A DNA stretch of 63,738 nt, the filler included, from Candidatus Fermentibacterota bacterium (GTDB lineage Bacteria > JAFGKV01): assembly GCA_016928395.1 (NCBI GenBank). It is 8 parts of 8 records of this genome, joined end to end, with 100 filler letters (N's around TTAATTAATTAA, not from the genome) between each part and the next. Parts side by side here need not be neighbours in the genome. Positions count along the whole stretch, not along the records: positions 1 to 17,146 come from JAFGKV010000224.1; positions 17,247 to 22,473 come from JAFGKV010000226.1; 6 more parts are not named here. The stretch is one strand, 5' to 3'. Below are positions 9,126-18,521 of the stretch, piece by piece. Position 1 is the stretch's first letter. Every line of letters begins with the position of its first letter. A program made the translations under genes and the position numbers. The notes beneath the pieces were generated by a model, which saw nothing but the letters and a program-made list of their open reading frames with translations, was not told where the DNA came from and ran no database searches.

Positions 9126-10838
9126 TTACCTTGTCGATCGGGCCTGTCTCCCCAGGCTGGCCATTGCCTGGATGCGAAGGCGATAGAGCTTGTGATCCAT
9201 CGTGAAGGGGAGCCGTCCTATCATCCAGACGTCATCTCCGGCAAGGGCAATGCCGCACGGCTCGGGGAGGATCGCCAAAGGTCGATAGGTGTTGACGATG
9301 GCGCCGGATGCATCGAGCCGGTGCAGCGCCTCCAACGCCAGCCAGGAACGCGCTGCCGCCCACAGATCACTTCCGTCGTGGGCCAGCCCTCCTACCTCGT
9401 CACAGGGATAGGCGAAGGATGCCGCGATGCCCTCCGGGGAAGAGAACCGGCGGATCATTCGCTCGGAGCCGTCGGTTCCCCAGAGAGACTGTGCGTCGCC
9501 GGCCAGATAGCCGATGTCGAAATCGGGATATGGGATGAAGTAGTCGCCGCTGGTGGGAAGGCGATAGACCCGTTCGGTCACCTTGTCGGCCAGCCACAGA
9601 TGCGTGCCGTCATGGGTCAGCCCGCCGGGGCTGGAGCCGGGGCAATCGAACTGGGAGATGACCGCCCCCGTGGTATCGAGCTTGTAGAGTCGGTCGGGAT
9701 CAGGATCGACGTCGCCGTCGGCCACCCACAGATGGGTACCGTCGAAGGTCAAGTCTGCGGGGGCGTGGCCTGGAGCCGCGAATGAGGTCACCATCTGACC
9801 CGCGGTATCCACTCTGTAGATGAGGTCGGTCACTCCATCGGAGTACCACAAATGCCCATCGCCGAAGGCGAGGCCGGACCCCATGCTTGTTGAGCTCCCC
9901 GGTGCCGGGAATGAGGTCAGCGTCTGGCCCTCGGGCGTGCATTGGAAGATGCGGGTCTCGCCTTGGTCCCATGACGCATACCAGAGGGTGTTGCCATCGA
10001 AGGTGAGGCCGCCCAGGCCGGCGCCCTGGCATCGAATCGAGTCTATATGCGTACCGTGTGTGCTGACCTTGAAAAGCCATGGCTGGCCGTAGAACCCGTC
10101 GGCACACCAGAAATGGGTGCCATCGAAGGCCAGACCGGTGATCTGACCGGAGCCCGGCGAATGGAAGATACTCGTCTCTCCGGGAGCCACACGGTAGATC
10201 TTGCCGGTGCCCCACCAGTTGTCGCCGACCAGGAGGTTCGTACCATCGAACGCGATGCCCGAGGGGTATTGCCCGGGGTTCGGATGGGTGACCGACAGGC
10301 CTGTGATCGGATCCAGCGACCAGATGCCTTGATCCATGAGTATGCATACCCTGGCACCATCCCACGTGAGATCCTTGGGGAAGCCCTCCGGAAGGGGAAA
10401 GGAATCCACCAGCGCGACCAGTGCACCACCCTTGGCGGCCTGCCACGTACCATTGTCGTTCAAGGCGGTATTCTCGTAGGTGCCCGATGCGGTGGTGTCG
10501 CCTTCGTCTATGGTGCCCGTGAAGGCGATCTTCTGATCGATGTCGCCGAAAGTGATGGAGTGGCCATCGACCCTGCCGGTGACCGGCGCATCGGCCATGT
10601 CGATATCGGGAATGGTGATGGTCCCGCTCACATTTGACCCGTTCTGCTCGGCCTGGAGATAGAAGGGACCGCTGTCGGATCCCCCCGAGCTGTGCCATGT
10701 CCCCATCCAGAAACCCGCCATGTCGGCGGGGATCACGTCGTCTCCGGGTGGTGAGGAGCTGTCGCTGCAGCCGAGAAGAAAGAAGGGGGTGAGCACAGCG
10801 AACCATTGTATGTGTCTGAGTATGTGTCTGACGCCCAT
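9126..10838 (-). CDS. Lipoprotein with repeated beta-propeller blades (glutaminyl cyclase/NHL-like)
   Basis: Lipobox FLLGC; many SFxAPG-x-P-xGL(A/T)FDGxxLW repeats; AGGAGG SD. Confidence 0.75.
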   Translation of the reverse strand: MGVRHILRHIQWFAVLTPFFLLGCSDSSSPPGDDVIPADMAGFWMGTWHSSGGSDSGPFYLQAEQNGSNVSGTITIPDIDMADAPVTGRVDGHSITFGDIDQKIAFTGTIDEGDTTASGTYENTALNDNGTWQAAKGGALVALVDSFPLPEGFPKDLTWDGARVCILMDQGIWSLDPITGLSVTHPNPGQYPSGIAFDGTNLLVGDNWWGTGKIYRVAPGETSIFHSPGSGQITGLAFDGTHFWCADGFYGQPWLFKVSTHGTHIDSIRCQGAGLGGLTFDGNTLWYASWDQGETRIFQCTPEGQTLTSFPAPGSSTSMGSGLAFGDGHLWYSDGVTDLIYRVDTAGQMVTSFAAPGHAPADLTFDGTHLWVADGDVDPDPDRLYKLDTTGAVISQFDCPGSSPGGLTHDGTHLWLADKVTERVYRLPTSGDYFIPYPDFDIGYLAGDAQSLWGTDGSERMIRRFSSPEGIAASFAYPCDEVGGLAHDGSDLWAAARSWLALEALHRLDASGAIVNTYRPLAILPEPCGIALAGDDVWMIGRLPFTMDHKLYRLRIQAMASLGRQARSTR

Positions 10839-10870
10839 CGAAGTGCCTCCTGGTAACAGGTCCTCGGTGC

Positions 10871-10991
10871 CACATCACGGGGCGCACTCCCTCAGCGGCA
10901 TGGGCGCGTGAGACCCGCACGCGCCGAAGGGAGGAATCCGCCCCGACTGTGAGTCAAGTGGGCAACGTAGTTCTCGAGCCAGGCGCGTCAA
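10871..10991 (-). promoter_or_regulatory. Putative sigma70 promoter (TTGACG-N16-TACGTT) followed by a structured leader
   Basis: -35 at 10986-10991 and -10 at 10964-10969 on minus strand; nested inverted repeats 10878-10945. Confidence 0.4.
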
Positions 10992-11137
10992 GTGTTCTGT
11001 GTATCAGGCTCCCCCAAAGGAGGCCAAGGGGTTCCCGCGGCTTCGCTGCAATAGAATGCCTGGCCCTGCCGACCATGGAGTGAATGAGCAGTCACCGAAC
11101 ATGCCTTGAGGATCTGGGCAGTAACCGGGAGCATACC

Positions 11138-11848
11138 ATGTCAGAGCAACGACACTCACAGTGGCGAGGCATCCGGGCCAAGTCCGCAGCCTGGTGGTTT
11201 AACACCCGGGCCCGGACCAGGGTTGAGCACGGGGTGCTTGAGACGATCAGGAGCACGGTCAGGAAAGACGACGTAGTCCTCGATCTCGGGGCAGGCACGG
11301 GGTTCTTCGCCCTCGCGGTGGCGCCGATGCTCGATGGGGGCAGAGTAGTCGCCCTGGACCTGTCGCCGGATATGCTGTCAGGGCTGGTTCGTCACGCAAC
11401 GCGGAGCCGTCTCACCAGCAGGATCGAACCGGTCGTCGCGGAGGCAACCAAGACAGGGCTGCCGGATGCCTCTGTGAACCTCGTCATAAGCGGTAATCTA
11501 CTGCACGAGCTTCCTGATCCGGCTGCCGCCCTGAACGAGATGGCTCGAGTGCTGAAGCCGGGAGGCCACGTCGTGATTCAGGACTTCCATGACGGCATAG
11601 TCGGCCGGCTCATGAAGGCGCTCCATCATCACCAGGCCCGAGGGGCCCTCGGGACGGATGAAATCGGTCGACAACTCAGGGCCGCGGGATTCTCCGACGT
11701 AAGGGTCACCGCGTCAGGTGTACGCTATCTCGCCACAGGGCGCAAGAACAGCATCTGTGAGGCGCAGGAACGTCCTGAAGCGCCGTCTGGCCACGAGAAG
11801 GAGACTGAACGCGGCGTGATCCCCAGCCCCCACGCGACAGGCGTATGA
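11138..11848 (+). CDS. Class I SAM-dependent methyltransferase
   Basis: VLDLGAGTG, ALDLS, RVLKPGG. Confidence 0.85.
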   Translation: MSEQRHSQWRGIRAKSAAWWFNTRARTRVEHGVLETIRSTVRKDDVVLDLGAGTGFFALAVAPMLDGGRVVALDLSPDMLSGLVRHATRSRLTSRIEPVVAEATKTGLPDASVNLVISGNLLHELPDPAAALNEMARVLKPGGHVVIQDFHDGIVGRLMKALHHHQARGALGTDEIGRQLRAAGFSDVRVTASGVRYLATGRKNSICEAQERPEAPSGHEKETERGVIPSPHATGV

Positions 11849-12236
11849 GCCGGCAGCCAGGTCGGCAGTCACCAGCGAAAGCACATGCGCCGCGGCGCCA
11901 AGGGGCCGAGGCGGAATGGCCCTCACCTCTCTCCCCAAGAGACCCCGCAACGAGAGTCGTACCCACGCCATGTCCGAGCAGGGATGAGGAGAGCTCTGGA
12001 GCGCGAGCACCTTTGGTGCAAAGACCTTTTCTTCGGCCCCGACGCGGTTGCCGAATGCGCGTATGCCACCCGAGGATGGCACGAAGAGCCTGTGGTCCGC
12101 AACAATGGGCTTGATACCGGTGGTCTGCGGCGATCGTTCCGCCTCTGAGTGCGTAACGGGACTCAACCCAGGCCAACACGCGGCACACCCTTGACCCTGT
12201 TGACAGTCTGCAGGAAGCCTTCCGGTCCCCCTTCTT

Positions 12237-13772
12237 CTATGACCAGTATGACCGGTCGAGGCTACGGTACTGGATGGCTTCAGCCAAGTGCGCGGCGCCG
12301 ATGAGGTCGGCGCCTTCGATGTCGGCGATGGTACGGGCGACCTTAAGGATGCGGTCATAGGCCCGGGCGCTGAAACCGAGACGGCGAATGGCGGCGTCGA
12401 TGATGGCGTCGGCGCCAGGCTCCAGCTTGCAGTACTTGCGTATATGCTTTGACTGCATGTGGGCATTACAGTAGAGCCCCTGCTTATCCTTGAAACGGGC
12501 CAATTGGACATCCCGCGCCCGGTTCACCCTTTCGCGAACAACCTCCGACGTCTCGCCAGTGGGCGCCTTGATCATGTGATCATACGGAAGGGATGCGACC
12601 TCCACGTGAATATCGATCCGATCCAGTAAGGGCCCGGAAATCTTGTAGAGGTAGCGCTGGATCTGAGGCGGCGAGCAGGTGCATTCATGGTGCGGATCGC
12701 CGAAGTAGCCGCAGGGGCAAGGGTTCATGGCGGCGGCGAGCATGAACCGGGCCGGATAGGTCAGCGCTGTGGCCGCGCGGGAAATGGTGACCGTGCCGTC
12801 TTCCATGGGTTGGCGCATGACCTCCAGCACGTTTTTTCTGAACTCCGGCAGCTCATCCAGGAACAGAACCCCGTTGTGGGCCAGGCTGACCTCCCCGGGC
12901 CGAGGGTATGCACCGCCGCCGATGAGGCCTGCGTCGGAGATGGTATGATGCGGCGAACGGAAGGGTCTCGTCGCAATGATCGCTTCGTCAGTCTTCAGGA
13001 GCCCAGCGACGCTATGGATCTTGGTGGTCTCCAGGGCCTCCTCCAGAGTCATGGCGGGCAGGACCGTCGGCAGGCGGCGTGCCAGCATGGTCTTGCCCGA
13101 CCCTGGCGGCCCCAACATCAGGATATTGTGTCCGCCCGCGGCAGCCACCTCCAACGAGCGTTTGACGTTTTGCTGGCCCTTCACGTCGGCGAAGTCGACC
13201 TCGTAGGCCGCGGCCTGGCGGAAGGCCTGCTGCATGTCCACCGAGAAGGCGGGTGGTTCCCCGTCGGACTCGAGGATAGTCACCGCCTCCCGCAGAGAAT
13301 CTGCGGGCCAGACCTTGAGCCCCTGTACGATGGCGGCTTCCCTGGCATTTGACCGGGGCACAATCACCGCCTCGATGCCCTCTCGAATGGCGGCCAAGGC
13401 GATGGGAAGCACGCCATGCACGGGGCGGAGTATGCCGTCCAGCGAGAGTTCTCCCAAGAGAATAGCCTGTTCAGGCCGGTGTAACTCCACCTGTTCCGTG
13501 GCGACCAAGATGCCGATGCTGATGGGGAGGTCGAAGGCAGAACCCTCCTTCTTGCGATCGGCGGGGGCGAGATTGATGGTCACCCGGCGGTGCGGAAAAT
13601 GGAAACCCGAGTTGCGGACCGCGGCCAAGACTCGGTCGCGGCTTTCCTTTACCGCCGCATCAGGAAGCCCCACGGTGGCGAACTGAGGCAGCCCCGATGC
13701 AATATCGGCTTCGACCTGTACGACATAGGCGTCAATGCCCACGACCGACGCACTCAGCACCCGAGCCAGCAC
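12237..13772 (-). CDS. comM: YifB/ComM Mg-chelatase-like AAA+ ATPase
   Basis: VGLPDAAVKESRDRV, GPPGSGKT, PFRSPHH, LFLDELPEF, NPCPCG, SARAYDRILKVARTIAD. Confidence 0.95.
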   Translation of the reverse strand: MLARVLSASVVGIDAYVVQVEADIASGLPQFATVGLPDAAVKESRDRVLAAVRNSGFHFPHRRVTINLAPADRKKEGSAFDLPISIGILVATEQVELHRPEQAILLGELSLDGILRPVHGVLPIALAAIREGIEAVIVPRSNAREAAIVQGLKVWPADSLREAVTILESDGEPPAFSVDMQQAFRQAAAYEVDFADVKGQQNVKRSLEVAAAGGHNILMLGPPGSGKTMLARRLPTVLPAMTLEEALETTKIHSVAGLLKTDEAIIATRPFRSPHHTISDAGLIGGGAYPRPGEVSLAHNGVLFLDELPEFRKNVLEVMRQPMEDGTVTISRAATALTYPARFMLAAAMNPCPCGYFGDPHHECTCSPPQIQRYLYKISGPLLDRIDIHVEVASLPYDHMIKAPTGETSEVVRERVNRARDVQLARFKDKQGLYCNAHMQSKHIRKYCKLEPGADAIIDAAIRRLGFSARAYDRILKVARTIADIEGADLIGAAHLAEAIQYRSLDRSYWS

Positions 13773-13774
13773 AG

Positions 13775-14194
13775 TTACCTCCTGGGCTTGTGGCGGGTCC
13801 CTATGTCGAGGCGGCCCGTCACTGACGCGCCATCCTCAAGTACGAGGGACCACGCGCGGATGTCCCCGATCACCCGGGCGCTGGGGCTCAGTAGCACGCG
13901 CCCCGACGACCACAGGTCGCCTCGAATCATTCCATGCACGATGATCTCTCCCGCATGAATGCTGCCGAACACCGTGGCCTCCTTGCGTATCAAAACGCTG
14001 GCCCCCGTCATCAAATCCCGGCCGATGTTCTCGGTGACCTGAAGGTCTTCTAGCTCGATCCGACGATTGCACGCTGCGCACGGCACCGAGATCGCTTCCC
14101 TGGCGACCGACGTCTCTCGTCCGCAGTAGGGGCATGCGACCGTGCGCATGGCGCGGTCTGCCGCGGGAGGGCGACTCATGGCCACACCGAGCAT
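13775..14194 (-). CDS. Bactofilin with N-terminal zinc ribbon
   Basis: CPYC...CAAC followed by beta-helix repeats (VHGMIRGDL, ARVIGDIRA, LEDGASVTG). Confidence 0.75.
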   Translation of the reverse strand: MLGVAMSRPPAADRAMRTVACPYCGRETSVAREAISVPCAACNRRIELEDLQVTENIGRDLMTGASVLIRKEATVFGSIHAGEIIVHGMIRGDLWSSGRVLLSPSARVIGDIRAWSLVLEDGASVTGRLDIGTRHKPRR

Positions 14195-14203
14195 GCAATG
14201 GCT

Positions 14204-14707
14204 CTACTTGATGCCGGTTTTCACCGCCTTGACCAGGAGTTCAGGAGCCGAGGCCGTGGAGTCGGCACCGAGAGCGCTTACCGCGATGGCGGGCTTGGGC
14301 TTCTGTACATCGGCGCCCGAAGGGTTGACATCACAGTGACCGACGAACGTGGCCCCCTCGGCGATGGCCAGGCGTGACGCGCGGATATCGCCGATCAAGC
14401 TCGCCGTCGGGTTGAGTTGCACCTTGCCCTCGGCCATGATATTGCCGGAGACTTTTCCGTCGACCACGACATTACCCGATCGTATGTCGGCGTGCACGTC
14501 GCCCGACTGCCCCACGATGAGAAAACCCTTGGTGGTGAGTTCGCCCTCGAACTTGCCATCGATCTTCAGCGGCCTCTCGAAAGTAAGGGTGCCCTTGAAG
14601 CTCGTGTCGGCACCCAGAGTCGTCTCCACCTCGCCCTCCGGCGTCGGCGCGAACGGTCGTGGCTGCACGGGGTCATCCCACTCTGACTGGCGGTCTCTCT
14701 TGATCAT
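14204..14707 (-). CDS. Bactofilin (polymer-forming cytoskeletal protein)
   Basis: TTLG..FKGTL, LKIDGKFEG, VDGKVSGNI, IAEGATFVG; GGAGG SD. Confidence 0.9.
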   Translation of the reverse strand: MIKRDRQSEWDDPVQPRPFAPTPEGEVETTLGADTSFKGTLTFERPLKIDGKFEGELTTKGFLIVGQSGDVHADIRSGNVVVDGKVSGNIMAEGKVQLNPTASLIGDIRASRLAIAEGATFVGHCDVNPSGADVQKPKPAIAVSALGADSTASAPELLVKAVKTGIK

Positions 14708-14787
14708 CGATGTAACCTCCTCTGAGGCGGCCTTCTCTCGCGGAAGGAACCTCTCGATTGTGGCGCGTGGCGATACCATGCGCGCCG

Positions 14788-15576
14788 TCACACACCTGAT
14801 GCCCACAGGGGACGATATGGGGGATCCAGAAGGTCGACGATAGGGCGGGTATAGGCCTCCATCTCTTGAGCCTTATCCGTGTTGGGATCCGGTTGAGCAA
14901 TAAAGGGGCCGCCAATGCGGAGCACAATGGTCGTGAGATGGGGAAATCTTGAGCCCACGCCCAGCATTCGCTCCGTACCCTGCAATGCCATGGGCAACAC
15001 CAGGTTGCCGCGCAGATAGTTCGCCAGGGCCGGTACTGGTGGCCCCATGCGGCCGGTCCTCGTGCGGGTTCCTTCAGGGAAGAGCAATACCGGATGGGCA
15101 GCCACCACACGCTTGAATGCCTTGAAGCTCTCCAGGGCCTGCCGCCGCTTCACTTCGGGGGTTTCATCCGCCAGCGCCTGGATCACCTTGATGGTGTTCA
15201 CGCCGGCGGTGAAGAAGCGGCGCCAAAGTGTTCGGTAGGTCTTCTGACCCGCAAGAGAGAACAGGGAGCGCGAGAGATCCCCGAAGCCGACGCGATTGAG
15301 CAGTTGCTCGATGATGTGGGAGTCGGCATAGCTGGCATGGTTTGAGATGATGACCAGGGGCGATCCCGCCCGATGCCTATTCCATGCCTCCTGAAGGTGC
15401 GGGAGTCCCTCCACGCGGGAGTCACGACGGATGAAGGAACCGACAAACCAGCCTCCCAGGAGGCGGTTGATTTCGGCGGAACTAAAGACGGCGGCGTATG
15501 ACAATCGCGAGTGCACGGCGGTGATATCGCTCCGTAGTGAAGCATCCTCGGGTTGACCGGAAGTGGAACGCACCAT
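14788..15576 (-). CDS. Lysophospholipid/glycerol-3-phosphate acyltransferase (PlsC-like)
   Basis: NHASYADS (HX4D) and LFPEGTRTRTG. Confidence 0.85.
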   Translation of the reverse strand: MVRSTSGQPEDASLRSDITAVHSRLSYAAVFSSAEINRLLGGWFVGSFIRRDSRVEGLPHLQEAWNRHRAGSPLVIISNHASYADSHIIEQLLNRVGFGDLSRSLFSLAGQKTYRTLWRRFFTAGVNTIKVIQALADETPEVKRRQALESFKAFKRVVAAHPVLLFPEGTRTRTGRMGPPVPALANYLRGNLVLPMALQGTERMLGVGSRFPHLTTIVLRIGGPFIAQPDPNTDKAQEMEAYTRPIVDLLDPPYRPLWASGV

Positions 15577-16051
15577 AAGGTAGCAGGACTCGCCCCGGAG
15601 GAAAGGGGGGAGTTTCTGCTCGGGTGGCGAACGTTCAGGGGTGCTGGACCTAGCGCACTCGTGGCTCGCTGCGCGAGGAACCCACAGGGTTCAGGTGGCA
15701 GTGCACCAACCAGATTCGAACCACTCCTCTTTCTAGATTTCGAATCTACTCCAAGAGGCGCCGCCTGACTGCCGATCTGACAGCATGATGGGAGAATGTC
15801 GCTGATGAGTGAGATCTGCTTGGTTGAGAGTGGGCAGTCTTGCGATCTCATGACAGTCGCTATCATGATCGGTTTCGGGGTCGGCGTATGGGCATTCGAT
15901 TCCGATAGCGATATCGAGAGCGACAGTGCATCCTCCTCCCAAGCGGTACAGTGAACTGAGACGTGCACCGTGGACACCGTGCGCAGCGAGGCCATCTCGC
16001 CGGCCGCGTGGTCTCACCCAAACCCGAACCCTGAGACCTGAGTAACCACAG

Positions 16052-16981
16052 ATGGGACTAACGACGCATCTTGTTGACATGATGGAGGGATACTCCAAGG
16101 CCCTCTATTCTTCCTTTTACCTGTTCAGGAACTATGACCTGCTGTTTGACTGCGGTGAGGGCTGCGCTGCACGGCTGGATCGTCATCAGTTCAGGGCTCG
16201 GTGGGTTTGCATCAGCCATTACCATCATGACCACAGCGGCGGCCTCAAAGGACTCTTCCTGGCCAGAGCCTATACCAAGGGCTCCAACGACCGCGAGATG
16301 ACGGTGTTCTACCCTGATCGAAGCCCCTCCATGGAACGGCTTCGCCGCTGGCTCGATCGCGATTTGCCGCGGCTCCCCTTCCCGCTGGAATGGGTGGCCG
16401 TGGGGCCCGGATTCCGGCAGCGGCTGAGCCTTGAGGATGCCCGGGTGCCCGTTGATCTTGAGGCCTTTGCCGCCGATCATGCCGCCCGGGAAGCCTGCCT
16501 TGGCTTTCGGATTGTGGAGAAGCGCAAACGTCTGCGCCCCCAGTTTGTCGGGCATGCGCCCGAAGAGATCGCACGCCTTGCCCGTCAGATTGGTCATGAC
16601 GCCCTTATGGAAGACTTTGAGAAGCCGACGTTGGTCTACTCGGGTGACTCTGACCCCCTTCCCGTGGAGCTGGTGCGGGGTGCTGATCTGCTCTTGCATG
16701 ACGCGACCTTCCTGTCCGATCGCGACAAGGAAGAACCGGGCCATGCCTCGGTGGAACAAGTGCTTGAGCTGGCCCGCACGGCACACGTGAGCGGCGTCGT
16801 ACTGGTGCACACCTCACACAGGTACAGCCTCCGGTCGGTGCGCAAGGCGATGCCCCGGCTTCTCAGGAGAACGGGCTACCAAGGCAATCTCTGGATCCAA
16901 TGGCTGGATCAGACCGAACGCCTCGACGGTCCGCTGGATGGGGAGGTGAATGGGCCAAGAAGTGAAGAAGTAAAGAAGTGA
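16052..16981 (+). CDS. rnz: Ribonuclease Z-like metallo-beta-lactamase with Thermotoga-type flexible arm
   Basis: FDCGEG, SHYHHDH, KRKRLRPQFVG..PEEI arm, YSGDS, HDATF, HTSHRY. Confidence 0.75.
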   Translation: MGLTTHLVDMMEGYSKALYSSFYLFRNYDLLFDCGEGCAARLDRHQFRARWVCISHYHHDHSGGLKGLFLARAYTKGSNDREMTVFYPDRSPSMERLRRWLDRDLPRLPFPLEWVAVGPGFRQRLSLEDARVPVDLEAFAADHAAREACLGFRIVEKRKRLRPQFVGHAPEEIARLARQIGHDALMEDFEKPTLVYSGDSDPLPVELVRGADLLLHDATFLSDRDKEEPGHASVEQVLELARTAHVSGVVLVHTSHRYSLRSVRKAMPRLLRRTGYQGNLWIQWLDQTERLDGPLDGEVNGPRSEEVKK

Positions 16982-17056
16982 AGAGGTCTATCTAGTGAGG
17001 AGTGAGGAGTAAGGAGATAGGAGTGAGGCAGTCTCCAGTCGGCAGTCGGCAGTCAG
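16958..17056 (+). repeat. Short tandem repeat cluster (GAAGAAGT, GTGAGGA, GGCAGTC units)
   Basis: Directly visible 8-mer then 7-mer arrays; the first overlaps the last codons of rnz. Confidence 0.85.
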
Positions 17057-17069
17057 GACTAATACGCAT

Positions 17070-17098
17070 TTGACATCAAAGATAGAGTAATGTACTAT
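17070..17098 (+). promoter_or_regulatory. Near-consensus sigma70 promoter TTGACA-N17-TACTAT
   Basis: Exact -35, 17-nt spacer, followed by SD AGGAGGG and ATG at 17124 (ORF MRRPARL cut by linker). Confidence 0.75.
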
Positions 17099-17146
17099 GC
17101 TGGGCAGAAGGAGGGATCTGCCCATGAGACGACCAGCCAGACTCGC

Positions 17147-17246
17147 NNNNNNNNNNNNNNNNNNNNNNNNNNNNNNNNNNNNNNNNNNNNTTAATTAATT
17201 AANNNNNNNNNNNNNNNNNNNNNNNNNNNNNNNNNNNNNNNNNNNN
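17147..17246. other. Artificial contig linker
   Basis: N44-TTAATTAATTAA-N44; same structure at 22474-22573, 32352-32451, 35913-36012, 39147-39246, 54082-54181, 61123-61222. Confidence 0.98.
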
Positions 17247-17333
17247 TCAGCTGTCGGCTGTCGGCTGTCCAGGAGCTTGCTGCGCTCGCGCTGGAAGTGA
17301 GGAGTGAGGAGTGCTTCGAGGGTTGGGCCGCTA
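17247..17333 (+). repeat. 87-bp contig start identical to the contig end at 53995-54081
   Basis: Base-by-base identity. Confidence 0.95.
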
Positions 17334-17473
17334 TCCTCCACCGCATTGCGTACTAGGGCCAGTGCCTACTGCCGACTGCCTACTGGTTCATCCGCGCAGC
17401 TCAAGGCACATCGTGACGAGAGATTGCAGGATGCTTCCCATCCTCGACAGCCGCAGGATCGAGTCGCGGCCCC

Positions 17474-18271
17474 TCAGGGGCCCTGCGTCCCGGGATAGCC
17501 CAGCAGCGGGAGCAGATCCTTCTCCTGAAGGTAGTGATAGCGCAGCAGGGTCCCGTCGAGCACCAGACCGAACACACCGTATGGCGTCGGTGACAGACGC
17601 AGGAGTTCCTCGCGGCTCTCAAGTTCCACCACGCGGCACTGCATGCCTGCCGTGCCCGCGGCGGCCACAGCGTGCCCCGTCGCGTCGGGGATGTAGGGGC
17701 ACTGGTCGGAACGGATGACGGTCAGCCCCGGTCCACAGGAGCGGGCCTTGTCCTCCCAGCCTCCCGCGAACGTAGGGGAGGGATGGCGTCCGAACTTCTT
17801 CACTATGAGCGAAAAGGACGGGGGCGCAGTATCAACGCACTCGAAGCCGTGTTGATCGAGGAGCCTTCGGCCCGCCAGCCACACCCCCTCGCTGGTCACC
17901 ATGGCCACGCCCCTCGCGTTCGACTTCTTCGCTTCGGTGATGCACCCCTCCAGCAGCGCCGCGCCAAGGCCCTTCCCTTTGCTCTTGCCCACGACCCACA
18001 GGCAGTGGATGAAGAGATACCCGTCGGCATGCACCGCGCGCCAGGCATGTTCTCCCGGTACATACTCTATGAAGCCCCGCTCAGGCAGCGTGAGGAGCTT
18101 GATTCTCATCCCCTCGGCAAAGCGTGCCTTGAGCCATCGCAGCTTCCGCCCGTAGCCCTCAGACTTCTTCTTGCTCATGTAGCAGAAGAATCCTGTAGTC
18201 TCGACGTTGTCCGCCGTGACATCGATGATGTCACGGCGGGATGGTGATTCTCGCGTGCCATAACCAGTCAC
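17474..18271 (-). CDS. GNAT acetyltransferase with YoaP-like C-terminal domain
   Basis: GFIEYVPGE, IHCLWV, KGKGLG, DQCPY, SPTPYGVF; GAGGAGG SD. Confidence 0.8.
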   Translation of the reverse strand: MTGYGTRESPSRRDIIDVTADNVETTGFFCYMSKKKSEGYGRKLRWLKARFAEGMRIKLLTLPERGFIEYVPGEHAWRAVHADGYLFIHCLWVVGKSKGKGLGAALLEGCITEAKKSNARGVAMVTSEGVWLAGRRLLDQHGFECVDTAPPSFSLIVKKFGRHPSPTFAGGWEDKARSCGPGLTVIRSDQCPYIPDATGHAVAAAGTAGMQCRVVELESREELLRLSPTPYGVFGLVLDGTLLRYHYLQEKDLLPLLGYPGTQGP

Positions 18272-18521
18272 TGCAAGACCTCCTCAGTGCATTTCTCCCC
18301 TTCGGCTGAAGCGGCGTCGCATAGCGTGGCGGCAACGAACCGTATCGTTCCCAGGTAGACCTGGACCTGCCTTCGGAGCACATCCTTGCGTGTGAGAGGC
18401 ACTGGCGCAAGAGCCTTCCGCGCGCGAAGTCCGTTCGAATTCGTCTCACGTCTTGGCATGTGTGGCGCCATGTCTTGGCGGTCCACCTGGTGGATGAGTT
18501 CGCAGATCCGCGACCTCGCAC

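Noticed and set aside
17191-17202. TTAATTAATTAA palindrome recurring seven times
   Set aside because: Always centred in identical N runs; artificial all-frame-stop linker
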